A stretch of 64,000 bases of DNA from Eubacteriales bacterium (GCA_045544955.1 JAZPZY010000065.1:67-64066); one strand, 5' to 3'. Numbered from the stretch's first letter, positions 52,418 to 61,402 are shown. The notes: a model not told the origin generated them from the sequence alone. Translations and numbers: made by a program.

Positions 52418-53293
52418 TTATACGCCTGCCGTACGCTGCATCCGTGCCGCATGGCAAAGGATGACGGAAGCGGCGGTGGATACGTTCAGTGAGTTGACCT
52501 GACCGTACATAGGAATGGAAACGATGAAATCGCTGCGGTCACGCACCAGACGGCTGACGCCTTCTCCCTCGCTTCCGAATACGACGGCGCAAGACACGTT
52601 CCAATCCGTCTCGTAGTACGGTGTACCGCCGGCTTCTGCCGTAAAGATCCAAAGTCCCAATTTCTTCAGTTCCTCAATGGTCGCCGCAATGTTCTGCACT
52701 TTGGCAATGGCCATATGCTCCAAAGCTCCGGCAGAAGCGTTTGCCACTACAGGGGTAAGTCCCACGGCACGACGCTTCGGCAGAATGATGCCGTGTGCAC
52801 CGGCACACTCCGCACAGCGGATCATGGCACCCAGGTTATGGGGATCCTCAATTCCATCGGCGATAACGATCAGCGGCTTTTCGCCCCGTTCCCGGGCGAT
52901 ATTCACGATTTCCTCCACGGTGACGTACTGTTTTTCCGCCGCCATAGCCGCCACGCCCTGGTGATGTGCGCCGCAGGTCATGTTGTCCAGTTTCTGGCCT
53001 TCCACCTCAATCACGGGAATCCCGAGGCGGATCGCCTCCGCCACGATCACAGTGATAGAGCCTTCCCGATCGCCGACACGGACGAAGATCTTGTCCACCG
53101 ATCTGCCGGATTTGAGAAGTTCCCGCACGGAATTCCGTCCGCAGACGATATTCTCCGGTGCGGCTGTTTCCTTCTGCTGGTCATGCATCGGACGGGGCGG
53201 ACGGCGTTCCCCGCCGCCATGTGCCCGGTTGCGATTATCAAAAGATTTTTTTTGGCCGCCGCCAAAGCGGCCTCTCTCGTTTTTCTGAGCCAT
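52418..53293 (-). CDS. rlmB: 23S rRNA (guanosine-2'-O)-methyltransferase RlmB (SpoU/TrmH family)
   Basis: SpoU motifs (IADGIEDPHNLGAMIR, VFGSEGEGVS, IPMYGQVNSLNVS) and an N-terminal substrate-binding domain (GRNSVRELL). Start is at 53293 or 53335. The extended -10 promoter at 53355 argues against the 53458 ORF start. Confidence 0.85.
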   Translation of the reverse strand: MAQKNERGRFGGGQKKSFDNRNRAHGGGERRPPRPMHDQQKETAAPENIVCGRNSVRELLKSGRSVDKIFVRVGDREGSITVIVAEAIRLGIPVIEVEGQKLDNMTCGAHHQGVAAMAAEKQYVTVEEIVNIARERGEKPLIVIADGIEDPHNLGAMIRCAECAGAHGIILPKRRAVGLTPVVANASAGALEHMAIAKVQNIAATIEELKKLGLWIFTAEAGGTPYYETDWNVSCAVVFGSEGEGVSRLVRDRSDFIVSIPMYGQVNSLNVSTAASVILCHAARMQRTAGV

Positions 53294-53354
53294 ATCCACG
53301 TCCGGCAAAAGTCCGGTCCTTTCCGACTTGGGCATAAGTATACATTCTGGGTCT

Positions 53355-53363
53355 ATTATAGCA
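53355..53363 (-). promoter_or_regulatory. Extended -10 element (TGcTATAAT) upstream of rlmB
   Basis: Minus strand reads gTGcTATAAT. No good -35 element was found. Confidence 0.35.
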
Positions 53364-53461
53364 CATTTTTTCGCGTTTGTATATACAATTTTATTTTTTT
53401 GTGCCGAAAATCGTCGCCAAAGCAGGATTTTCTCCGCAGTTTTAACAGAAAACAGCAAAAA

Positions 53462-53493
53462 AACGGAAAAAGGAGATGCGAAACCGCATCCCC
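53462..53493 (-). terminator. Intrinsic terminator of the zinc-ribbon gene
   Basis: The minus strand forms the ggggatgcg-gttt-cgcatctcc hairpin followed by tttttccgttttttt. Confidence 0.7.
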
Positions 53494-53536
53494 TTTTGTA
53501 ACCGCGACAATATATCGTCCAAGGACGGCAGAGAAA

Positions 53537-53815
53537 TTACTGCTGCTCCTTGATTGCTGCAAAGCACTCGCTGCAGTAAACCGGTCTGTCGTTGCTGGGC
53601 TGGAAAGGAACTTTTGCTTCCTTACCGCATCTTGCGCAAACGGTGGTGAACATCTCTCTCTGCGCTTTGCTGGCGTTCTTGCGTGCATCACGGCAGTTCT
53701 TGCAGCGCTGGGGCTCATTCTGGAAGCCCTTCTCTGCGTAGAACTCCTGCTCGCCTGCGGTGAATACGAATTCGTTGCCGCACTCTTTGCACGTCAGTGT
53801 CTTGTCCTGGTACAT
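53537..53815 (-). CDS. Small double zinc-ribbon protein (92 aa)
   Basis: CKECGNEFVFTAGEQEFYAEKGFQNEPQRCKNC plus CARCGKEAKVPFQPSNDRPVYCSEC gives two CxxC...CxxC units. SD GAGGT lies upstream. Confidence 0.75.
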   Translation of the reverse strand: MYQDKTLTCKECGNEFVFTAGEQEFYAEKGFQNEPQRCKNCRDARKNASKAQREMFTTVCARCGKEAKVPFQPSNDRPVYCSECFAAIKEQQ

Positions 53816-53921
53816 GTTTCAAACCTCGCTTAAAAAATGGATAAAAATTTTTGCCCTCGACGGAGTTCAACCGTCACCTTTGGAATACAACGCTCTTGCA
53901 TTAAGCTATTCGGGCTTACAT

Positions 53922-53951
53922 ATTATAATGCGTACCTTTCGAAACGCACAA
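53922..53951 (-). promoter_or_regulatory. Sigma-A type promoter of the zinc-ribbon gene
   Basis: Minus strand reads TTGTGC-N18-TATAAT, leaving a leader of about 100 nt. Confidence 0.45.
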
Positions 53952-53961
53952 ATATCGGGTG

Positions 53962-54543
53962 TCAGTCGGAAAGCAAGCCTTTAATCTTAACGCGAATACG
54001 GTACAGCGCGTTGCTGACGGATTTCTCCGGTTTTCCCACACTGTCTGAAATACTCTTCACGGACCTGCCACTGATATATAAATCAAAAACACGAATTTCG
54101 TAGGGCGACAGCACCTCATGGATCCGCGCGGTAAGTGCCTTCGCCTCCGATGCGGACACAAAAGCTACCAACGGATCGCTGTCGGAATGGGACCGTATCT
54201 CCCGGTTGTTACCACGGGCAGCACGGGCCGCCGAGGCGGATTTTCTCAAAAGAGATATAAGAGAATTACGGATACAGATCTTCGCATACAAGCCGAAGGT
54301 AACAGCACCGCCGGAAGCATCATACCGCATGGCCGCCCGATACAGGGCTAAACGTGCTTCCTGCTCCAGATCCTGCACGGAAATGGCGGCTGTATCCGCT
54401 GTTTTGGAAAATGAAGAAATGAATCGCTCGCTCATAGACTGTATCAAAGGAGCGTACTGCTCACAAAGCGTCTGAAAAGCGGACTCGTCACCGGACGCCG
54501 CCGCAGTCAAAAGCGCATTCACCGCATCAGTCAAAACATCCAC
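53962..54543 (-). CDS. Sigma-70 family RNA polymerase sigma factor (group 3/4-like, 193 aa)
   Basis: Region 2 (FQTLCEQYAPLIQSM...EQEARLALYRAAMRYD...FGLYAKICIRNSLISLLR) and region 4 HTH (LSPYEIRVFDLYISGRSVKSISDSVGKPEKSVSNALYRIRVKI). Confidence 0.8.
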   Translation of the reverse strand: MDVLTDAVNALLTAAASGDESAFQTLCEQYAPLIQSMSERFISSFSKTADTAAISVQDLEQEARLALYRAAMRYDASGGAVTFGLYAKICIRNSLISLLRKSASAARAARGNNREIRSHSDSDPLVAFVSASEAKALTARIHEVLSPYEIRVFDLYISGRSVKSISDSVGKPEKSVSNALYRIRVKIKGLLSD

Positions 54544-54695
54544 CCTAAATCTTTACAGATTTATGAATACATTATATCATGAAATACAGATTTGTCAATA
54601 GTTAACGAAAAGTTTTTTTCGTTTTGAGCAAAATTTGTGCGTCAATGCACGAAAAACACAACTTATTTCGTTTAGAATCGTCAATTTTCACATTT

Positions 54696-55283
54696 TTACT
54701 CAAAAATGTAATTCACGTCTCCGCTGAGCAGTGCCAGGATACCGCGGTAGATAATTTCGGGACGGTCTGCAAAATTTTTCGTAATCTGCTCCAGCTGACG
54801 GCGATCTTCCAGACGCAGATCTACGCCTAAAAGCGTTCCGTTTTTATCCTTGATCGTACAGTGATACAGAAAGCCGTCGCCCAGTGTATCGTACTGCTGA
54901 TCCACGACCGCGCCGAGACGTTTGAGGGACAAATGCCGCAGAGCACTGCGTATTCCCTGCTCCCGAACGGTGATCATCAAATTCTCACCCAGAATCTCCG
55001 CCACCTGGCGGCCGGTATCTGTAACCGTAAACAGTTCCTCATCCGCCTCCGGCTCGTCGGCGTTATCCGCTAAAGGAAGCTGGGCGGTGTTTTCCCGCGC
55101 TGGGGCGATATGCCCGTCATCCAGAAGCTGAAAAAAGCAGTCCGCAAAATCAAAAAAGCGAACCACGCCGTCCTGCACGACGATAGAGCCGATGGTTTCG
55201 TAATCCAGCGGGTAGCCGATCTTACAAAGCAAAAACAGTATGAAGATTTTTATCTCGTTTTTATCCCGAAGCGGGGCAGGCAT
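54696..55283 (-). CDS. DUF4364-like protein (putative winged-helix regulator)
   Basis: AAGGAG-N7-ATG at 55283. MPAPLRDKNEIKIFILFLLCKIGYPLDYETIGSIV matches my recollection of DUF4364. Confidence 0.65.
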   Translation of the reverse strand: MPAPLRDKNEIKIFILFLLCKIGYPLDYETIGSIVVQDGVVRFFDFADCFFQLLDDGHIAPARENTAQLPLADNADEPEADEELFTVTDTGRQVAEILGENLMITVREQGIRSALRHLSLKRLGAVVDQQYDTLGDGFLYHCTIKDKNGTLLGVDLRLEDRRQLEQITKNFADRPEIIYRGILALLSGDVNYIFE

Positions 55284-55314
55284 AGGCAATCTCCTTTCCT
55301 TTGACAGACGGGGC

Positions 55315-55343
55315 AAAAACCGGGAGGTATTTCTACCTCCCGG
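55315..55343 (-). terminator. Intrinsic terminator of the solute-binding protein gene
   Basis: ccgggaggta-tttc-tacctcccgg with a minus-strand U-run (+ strand aaaaa 55315-55319). Confidence 0.75.
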
Positions 55344-55360
55344 CTGAAAATGCGGTGGTT

Positions 55361-57115
55361 TTATTCTGCGGAAGAGCCTTCCTCACCCTCTCCCGTTTCT
55401 ACGGGGAGGTACTGGGTGTAGTTCTTCAGTTTCATACGCTTGAATTCTCTGGTTGCGTAGTAGGAAGAGCCGTAGCCGGAGATATCGTCGTGAATGAGAT
55501 ATGCATCCTGCAGGAAGATCAGCGGGATCACCGGCATATCTTCCATGAGCATCTTCTCCGCGTCGTGCAGAGCAGCAGCACGTGCTGCCGCATCGGCCGC
55601 AGACTGTGCGGTTTCGATCAGTGCATCGTACGCCTCGCTGGCATAGCCGGTGGTATGGCCGATCACGTCGTACGTGGGCGAATCCATATTCACGCCGCCG
55701 CCGGAGAACTTAGCTGCAAAGGGAGCCAGTGCCGCAAAAGCATCGGGAGCCAGCATCTGCAGATCGATGGCGATCACGTCAAATTCGCCGGACTGATACA
55801 GTGCAGTGAACTCGTCGTTGTAAATATTCTTGTCAGTTCCCTTTACGCGGGAAATTTTGGCTTCTTTAACCGTGACCTTGAATCCCAGGGATTCCCATAC
55901 GCCCTTTACGTAGGCAGCGATGGCACGGTCAACTTCATTCGGTCGGATGGAGAGAGTGAAGGAACCGCCCTTCACGCCTGCTTCCTTCAGAAGGCTCTGT
56001 GCACCTGCCACGTCGGCGGATGCGCTGATCACGTCACCGCCTGCGGTACGGAAGGAGGTACCTGCGGTGGTCTCAAACACGTTATACGGAATCAGACCGG
56101 TAGCGGCCTTGGCGTACGTAACGATGTTCACGATCTCGTTTCTGTCGATAGCCATAGACAGCGCCTTGCGAACGCGGGCATCGGAGAAGAGCTTGTTGTT
56201 GGTGTTGAAGTAATAGGTATGCGTCGCCATCTCATCGGTGATGGTGGCGGTGTCCTTATACTTGGCGCGTGCGGACAGCGGAATCTCATCGATATAGAAG
56301 AGTTCGCCTGCCTCAAACTTTGCCAGCTGCGCTTCGGTATCGCCGTACGTATAGTTGGTAATAAGGCGGTACGGGATAACGTACTTATCCAGTGCCTCGT
56401 CCTTCTCGTCGTCCAGATAGTAGTAAGTAGAACGCTCCAGTCGCATAACCTCACCGTTGGTCAGTGCCTTCAGAGCGAAGGGACCGTTGGTAACGATGGT
56501 GGAGGCTGCCTTTGCCCAGTGCACGTCACGCTCCACGATATCCTCGCGGAGAGGAACGAGTGCGGGGGAGGACATAGCGGTAAAGAAGCGGTCAACATCG
56601 GGCTTCTGGTCGAAGTTCACCTGAATGACGTATACGTCAACGGCAGAAATGCCTACGTCATCGATGGACACGTCACCCATCTTAACGTCACGGGCATTGG
56701 AAATATCGTAGAGAAGGGCGGCGGCTTCGCTCTTGAACGTAGCGTTCAGAATACGCTTCCATGCGTATACGAAGTCAGCAGCCTGTACGGTACGTCCGTC
56801 GGTCCACTTTGTATTGTTCAGCGTGATGAGCATGTACCAGCCATCCTCATCGTTGCCCAGAAGCTCGTACTCCTTCATGAGGGCCTTTTTCCATTTTCCG
56901 TTCTCGTCGAGATCGGTCAGGCCTTCATAGATCAGATCGAACACCTGGATCATTGCGTCATCGTTGTAGTGCAGTGCGGGATCGAAGTCTACCATTTCAT
57001 TGGTCATATAAACGTCAATAATCATGCCTTTATCATCTTCGGCAAGGGTAGTACAGCTCGCCAAAGCACCCAAAAGCATAACGGCGCAGAGCATCAGGGA
57101 CAAAACTCTTTTCAT
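55361..57115 (-). CDS. ABC transporter substrate-binding lipoprotein, family 5 (peptide/nickel, OppA-like)
   Basis: AGGAGG upstream of the ATG at 57115. Signal peptide with lipobox MKRVLSLMLCAVMLLGALASC. It is ~584 aa with the SBP_bac_5-type layout. No permease or ATPase genes are adjacent. Confidence 0.8.
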   Translation of the reverse strand: MKRVLSLMLCAVMLLGALASCTTLAEDDKGMIIDVYMTNEMVDFDPALHYNDDAMIQVFDLIYEGLTDLDENGKWKKALMKEYELLGNDEDGWYMLITLNNTKWTDGRTVQAADFVYAWKRILNATFKSEAAALLYDISNARDVKMGDVSIDDVGISAVDVYVIQVNFDQKPDVDRFFTAMSSPALVPLREDIVERDVHWAKAASTIVTNGPFALKALTNGEVMRLERSTYYYLDDEKDEALDKYVIPYRLITNYTYGDTEAQLAKFEAGELFYIDEIPLSARAKYKDTATITDEMATHTYYFNTNNKLFSDARVRKALSMAIDRNEIVNIVTYAKAATGLIPYNVFETTAGTSFRTAGGDVISASADVAGAQSLLKEAGVKGGSFTLSIRPNEVDRAIAAYVKGVWESLGFKVTVKEAKISRVKGTDKNIYNDEFTALYQSGEFDVIAIDLQMLAPDAFAALAPFAAKFSGGGVNMDSPTYDVIGHTTGYASEAYDALIETAQSAADAAARAAALHDAEKMLMEDMPVIPLIFLQDAYLIHDDISGYGSSYYATREFKRMKLKNYTQYLPVETGEGEEGSSAE

Positions 57116-57407
57116 GGTACGGATAAATCCTCCTCGTGGTTTTATGCGGGTCTGCACGGCATAAGAAAAAAACGTGCTTATTACTCGCTCTATTATATCA
57201 CTTTTGCCTTCGAGAATCAACAACCTATTACAAAGAAAAAGAAACTTTCGGACACATGCACAATATTACGGACGATTTTTTGGCAATTTTCACAGAAACC
57301 GGCCGTTTTTTTTCGTAGGGGCTCGTTCCGCAACGCGAAAACGGGAACGCCCACGCATACAAGAAGAAAAATTGCGGATACTGGAAAGAAAAACAGAGGA
57401 TACGCGC

Positions 57408-58292
57408 ATGGAGAATTACACAAGAACCGACCTTGCCTGCGAGGCGGCAGGAATCGGGATCAGACATAGTCAGAAGGTGCGGCGGCACCGGTATTTCGGC
57501 ATAGAAACGGAAGAGGTCACCGTTTCACCGGGGGAGGAAGAAAAAGCCTTCGGCCGTCCCGCCGGGCGGTACGCCACACTGCACTGCGGAAAGATCTGGC
57601 TTTTGGATAAAGAAGCGGGCGTCCGGGCAGTCAAAGCGTCAGCGGCCGTTCTTTCCTCTTTTCTCACCGAGGCCGCCGGACGCATCCCCGGCCGGGATCT
57701 GTCCATCCTTGTTGCGGGATTGGGAAACCGATTTATCACTGCCGATTCCATCGGGCCGCGTACGGTGGATCGGATCACGGTCACGGCACATGCGGCCGGC
57801 GAAGGTTTTTTGCCTGCCATTCTTGGATGCACCTGCGTTTCCGCCATTGCCCCCGGAGTGCTTGGACAGACGGGCATTGAGGCCGCCTCTCTGGTGGCGG
57901 ATGCGGCACGGTCTGCCGGGGCCGACGCCGTCATCGCCGTAGATGCCCTGGCGGCACGGTCTGCTGAAAGGCTCGCCGCCACCGTACAGATCACGGACAC
58001 AGGGATCCAGCCCGGCTCGGGCATGAAAAACAGCCGGGCGGCCATAAGCCGGGAATCCTGCGGCGTGCCGGTCATCGCCCTGGGCGTCCCCACCGTGGTG
58101 GATTGTGCAACGCTTATATGGGACGTTTTGGAAAAAGCCGGCATGCACGCACCGTCGGCGGAGCTGCGCCGCGCACTGGAGGAAGGACGGGGCTATATCG
58201 TCTCTCCCACGGAAACGGATCAGATCGCCGATGCCACGGCGTCGCTGCTTGCCGCCGCCATCAACCGGGTCCTCACACCGGCACTGCAGTGA
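57408..58292 (+). CDS. gpr: GPR endopeptidase (spore germination protease)
   Basis: The ATG at 57408 follows agagga. Sequence RTDLACEA, VAGLGNRFITADSIGP, APGVLGQTGIEA, AVDALAARS...QITDTGIQPGSG...GVPVIALGVPTVVD aligns closely with B. subtilis Gpr from memory. Confidence 0.9.
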   Translation: MENYTRTDLACEAAGIGIRHSQKVRRHRYFGIETEEVTVSPGEEEKAFGRPAGRYATLHCGKIWLLDKEAGVRAVKASAAVLSSFLTEAAGRIPGRDLSILVAGLGNRFITADSIGPRTVDRITVTAHAAGEGFLPAILGCTCVSAIAPGVLGQTGIEAASLVADAARSAGADAVIAVDALAARSAERLAATVQITDTGIQPGSGMKNSRAAISRESCGVPVIALGVPTVVDCATLIWDVLEKAGMHAPSAELRRALEEGRGYIVSPTETDQIADATASLLAAAINRVLTPALQ

Positions 58293-58357
58293 ACGCATAT
58301 TCCGGCGGCCTTTTGCATATACATTCCGTAAAAAGACGGACAGGCAAAGGAGCCGCT

Positions 58358-59596
58358 ATGATCACTGCAGAAAAAAGATGCACACCCCCGCCCTATGACG
58401 GGCCGATCAATGAAACGGAACGACGGGTGATCCCCTATTCTCCGCCCGTACGCTTTTCGCCTCCACATGGAGAAAAGAGCGTCCCCCACCGCCCAAAGCA
58501 TCGGCTTCTCACGGCCGTCAGTGCCGTTTTCTGCATGTTCACCGTAACGCTGACGCTGCTGAATGTGCTTCTTCTTTCGGAGAATTTTCGTCCGGACGCA
58601 CTGCTTCTGCGGCTGGGCAGCCGTGCCTTTTTCGGCATGGCAACGATTTCGGTGACGCCTGAGGAGACGGCGGACAGCCTGCCGCCGGAACTTTCACCAG
58701 CCGATACTGAATCGGAAGATACGCTTTTTCCGCCGGCAGAAACAAAAACGGAGCCGCCCTCCGACGCCGCCCTTGCGGCATATCCCATCCGCAAGGCGGA
58801 TATAAGCTGCGAGGACGTCCACGCTTTGAACAACGAGACCGACTACCGTCCCGACACCCGGGCACTGTTGGACGCGCCCCTTCCCTTTTCCGATCTGGAC
58901 ACGCACATGAAGCAGTTCGCCCCGGAAATGCCGTATATTCTGATTCTGCACACCCACGGCACGGAAGGATTCGCAGACGAAAGCGCAGATACATATACGC
59001 CGGACGATGCGTTCCGAACGGAAAACACGGAAGAAAACATCGTGGCCGTAGGTGCGGTAATGGCAGAAACCTTCCGGGCGGCAGGCGTTCCCGTACTGCA
59101 CTGCACGGAGATGTTTGATCTGGAATCCTACCAGGATTCCTACAGCCGGGCTGCCGCCGCCATCCGTGCGTATCTTAAAGAATATCCGTCCATACAGATC
59201 GTGCTGGACGTACACCGGGATTCGATCATCCGTACGGACATGACAAAAATCCGCCCGGCGACGACGGTGGACGGCAAAGAAGCCGCACAGCTCATGACCG
59301 TCGTCGGGACGGATTTCAAAGGGGCGGATCACCCCGATTGGACGAACAATTTGAATTTCGCACTGAAAATGCAGGAAAACCTCACGGAGAAATACGCCCA
59401 TTTCGTCCGTGCCGTCAATCTGCGGGGAGCCGGCTTTAATCAGCAGTACACGGACGGCTCCTTGCTCCTTGAGGTAGGCTCCTGCGGCAACACGCTTTCA
59501 GAGGCCAAGCGTGCCGGCGTGCTGGCTGCCCTCGCCATCACGGAAGTCGTGACAGGGAAACCGTGCCCCGTGGGGCACACCGATATTCTGCCGTAG
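58358..59596 (+). CDS. spoIIP: Stage II sporulation protein P
   Basis: The ATG at 58358 follows aaaggag. It has a TM anchor and a SpoIIP amidase-like domain (ILILHTHGTEGF...HRDS...GCGNT region). Its position after gpr matches Bacillus. Confidence 0.8.
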   Translation: MITAEKRCTPPPYDGPINETERRVIPYSPPVRFSPPHGEKSVPHRPKHRLLTAVSAVFCMFTVTLTLLNVLLLSENFRPDALLLRLGSRAFFGMATISVTPEETADSLPPELSPADTESEDTLFPPAETKTEPPSDAALAAYPIRKADISCEDVHALNNETDYRPDTRALLDAPLPFSDLDTHMKQFAPEMPYILILHTHGTEGFADESADTYTPDDAFRTENTEENIVAVGAVMAETFRAAGVPVLHCTEMFDLESYQDSYSRAAAAIRAYLKEYPSIQIVLDVHRDSIIRTDMTKIRPATTVDGKEAAQLMTVVGTDFKGADHPDWTNNLNFALKMQENLTEKYAHFVRAVNLRGAGFNQQYTDGSLLLEVGSCGNTLSEAKRAGVLAALAITEVVTGKPCPVGHTDILP

Positions 59597-59600
59597 CGGA

Positions 59601-60443
59601 TCAGCCAAACAAAAGCGTATCCGCCTCGCCCAGACTCTCGAAGATCATATCGGGACGCATGTCCGGCTCTGCCTTCTCCACGTCCGCAAGGGTACTCTCG
59701 CCCGTCAGAACCAAAGCTGCGGTGATACCGTGCTTTTTGCCCGTGGCGATATCCGTATACAGCCGGTCGCCGAAAATACACATATCCCCCCGGCTGACGC
59801 CGGTGATCTCGCAGATCATCTCTGCCGTTTCCGGATAGGGCTTACCGAAGTAGACAGGCGTCACGCCGGTAGAGGCGGTGACGGCGGCGGCAATGGCTCC
59901 GCTGTCCGGGATGAACCCCGTTTCCGTGGGGCAGTTGAAATCCGGATGTGTGGACAGATACTCCGCACCGTTCCGTATGAAGTCGCAGGCGACGGTAAGT
60001 TTTTCATAGGTGAGCGTGGTATCAAAGCTTGTGACCACGATGTCCGCCTTTGCCTCCGGATCGGTCAGTTTTCCCTGCCTGTCCGAGATCATAGGCACGC
60101 CGGCACGGTTGAATTCGTCCCAAAGCTCCGGCGTACCCAGCAGGTACACGGATCTTCCCGGACGGTTCCGGGTGAGAAAAGCGGCCGTCACGTCGCCGGA
60201 GGTCATGATCTCCCCATCCCCGGGTTCAAATCCCAGCCGGGCCAGTTTTGCGTAATAAAACGTTTTGGAATGGGATGCGTTGTTGGTGAAAAACAGCACC
60301 CGCTGACCGTTTTTCCGCAGATTCTTAATAAAGCGGATGGCAAAATCAAAGGGAATACCGCCGAGATAGATCGTTCCGTCCATATCGAAAACGAACAGCT
60401 TTTTGGCGGCAAGGATCTCTTTCTGTGTAATCGTATTCTGCAT
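59601..60443 (-). CDS. HAD-IIA family hydrolase (NagD-like sugar phosphatase)
   Basis: 280 aa. Sequence FVFDMDGTIYLG, FFTNNAS, GKP, IFGDRLYTDI. Confidence 0.85.
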   Translation of the reverse strand: MQNTITQKEILAAKKLFVFDMDGTIYLGGIPFDFAIRFIKNLRKNGQRVLFFTNNASHSKTFYYAKLARLGFEPGDGEIMTSGDVTAAFLTRNRPGRSVYLLGTPELWDEFNRAGVPMISDRQGKLTDPEAKADIVVTSFDTTLTYEKLTVACDFIRNGAEYLSTHPDFNCPTETGFIPDSGAIAAAVTASTGVTPVYFGKPYPETAEMICEITGVSRGDMCIFGDRLYTDIATGKKHGITAALVLTGESTLADVEKAEPDMRPDMIFESLGEADTLLFG

Positions 60444-60468
60444 ATTTTCCTCCGATTCTATAAATAGG

Positions 60469-60497
60469 TTGCTTTCTTTCAGGTCTTATGATATAAT
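60469..60497 (+). promoter_or_regulatory. Sigma-A type promoter of the pantothenate kinase gene
   Basis: TTGCTT-N17-TATAAT. RBS gggagg lies 6 nt before the ATG. Confidence 0.55.
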
Positions 60498-60535
60498 AAA
60501 GGAAAAGAAATTACTGTAACCCCGGGAGGTTATTT

Positions 60536-61387
60536 ATGAGTAAACGCGTTATCGTCGGCATCGACGTGGGCGGCAGCACCACCAAGATCGGCGGATTTGA
60601 TATTACCGACGGCAACCGGCGGCTGATCGAGCCCTTGTTCGTGCGTGCCACGGATCCCATTACGTCCATTTACGGTGCCTTCGGCAAGTTCACCGATATG
60701 AACGGTCTTGCCCTGACGGATATTGAAAAAGTGATGATTACCGGCGTAGGTTCTTCCTACATACAGCGTCCTATCTACGCACTTCCCTGCGAGGTCATGC
60801 CGGAATTCCGCTGCATCGGCCTTGGCGGTCTGTATCTGTCCGGACTGGACAGTGCCATCGTGGCAAGTCTCGGCACGGGTACGGCTTTAGTGCACGCCCG
60901 CCGGGGGCAGGAACCGAAGTACCTGGGCGGTACGGGTGTAGGCGGCGGTACGCTGATGGGACTTTCCAAAAAGATGCTGGGCATGGACAACATCCGCCAC
61001 ATTGAGGAGATGGCACGGGAAGGCGATCTCAGCCGGGTGGATCTGAAGATCAGCGATCTGACGAAGGACGACATCGTTCCCGGATTTTCCGATAAGATGA
61101 CCGCATCCAACTTTGCCAACGTAAGCGACATCACAACGAAAGCGGACATCGCCCTCGGCATTATCAATCTGGTGTTTGAGACCATCGGCATGGTGGCCAT
61201 CTTCGCCGCACGGAATCACGGCGTACGGGACATCGTACTGACCGGCAATCTGACCAGCGTGGAGCACGCACCGGAGGTATTCGGTTCTCTGAACAAAATG
61301 TTCGATATGAACTTCATGATTCCGAATCGCTCCCAGTTCGGCCCCGTGATCGGTGCCGCTCTGTCCGGCTGTCCGGCGGCAGAATAA
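60536..61387 (+). CDS. coaW: Type II pantothenate kinase
   Basis: 283 aa. ASKHA fold with N-terminal VGIDVGGSTTKIGG and GGTGVGGGTLMGL, typical of CoaW-type kinases. Confidence 0.7.
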   Translation: MSKRVIVGIDVGGSTTKIGGFDITDGNRRLIEPLFVRATDPITSIYGAFGKFTDMNGLALTDIEKVMITGVGSSYIQRPIYALPCEVMPEFRCIGLGGLYLSGLDSAIVASLGTGTALVHARRGQEPKYLGGTGVGGGTLMGLSKKMLGMDNIRHIEEMAREGDLSRVDLKISDLTKDDIVPGFSDKMTASNFANVSDITTKADIALGIINLVFETIGMVAIFAARNHGVRDIVLTGNLTSVEHAPEVFGSLNKMFDMNFMIPNRSQFGPVIGAALSGCPAAE

Positions 61388-61402
61388 AAGCGAAATACAG
61401 AG

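Noticed and set aside
57174-57407. N-terminal extensions of gpr (start 57174) and spoIIP (start 58103) given by the ORF track
   Set aside because: The extensions are Arg-rich and low-complexity, overlap the upstream gene or intergenic promoter region, and lack SDs. Internal ATGs with agagga and aaaggag SDs give proteins that align with known Gpr and SpoIIP N-termini.
55301-57469. 722-aa + strand ORF; similar long antisense ORFs at 24741-25973, 39193-40620, 51179-52387, 28029-28937, 43488-44870 and 15234-16520
   Set aside because: Each is the mirror frame of a confidently assigned gene on the other strand and lacks SD sites and recognisable motifs.
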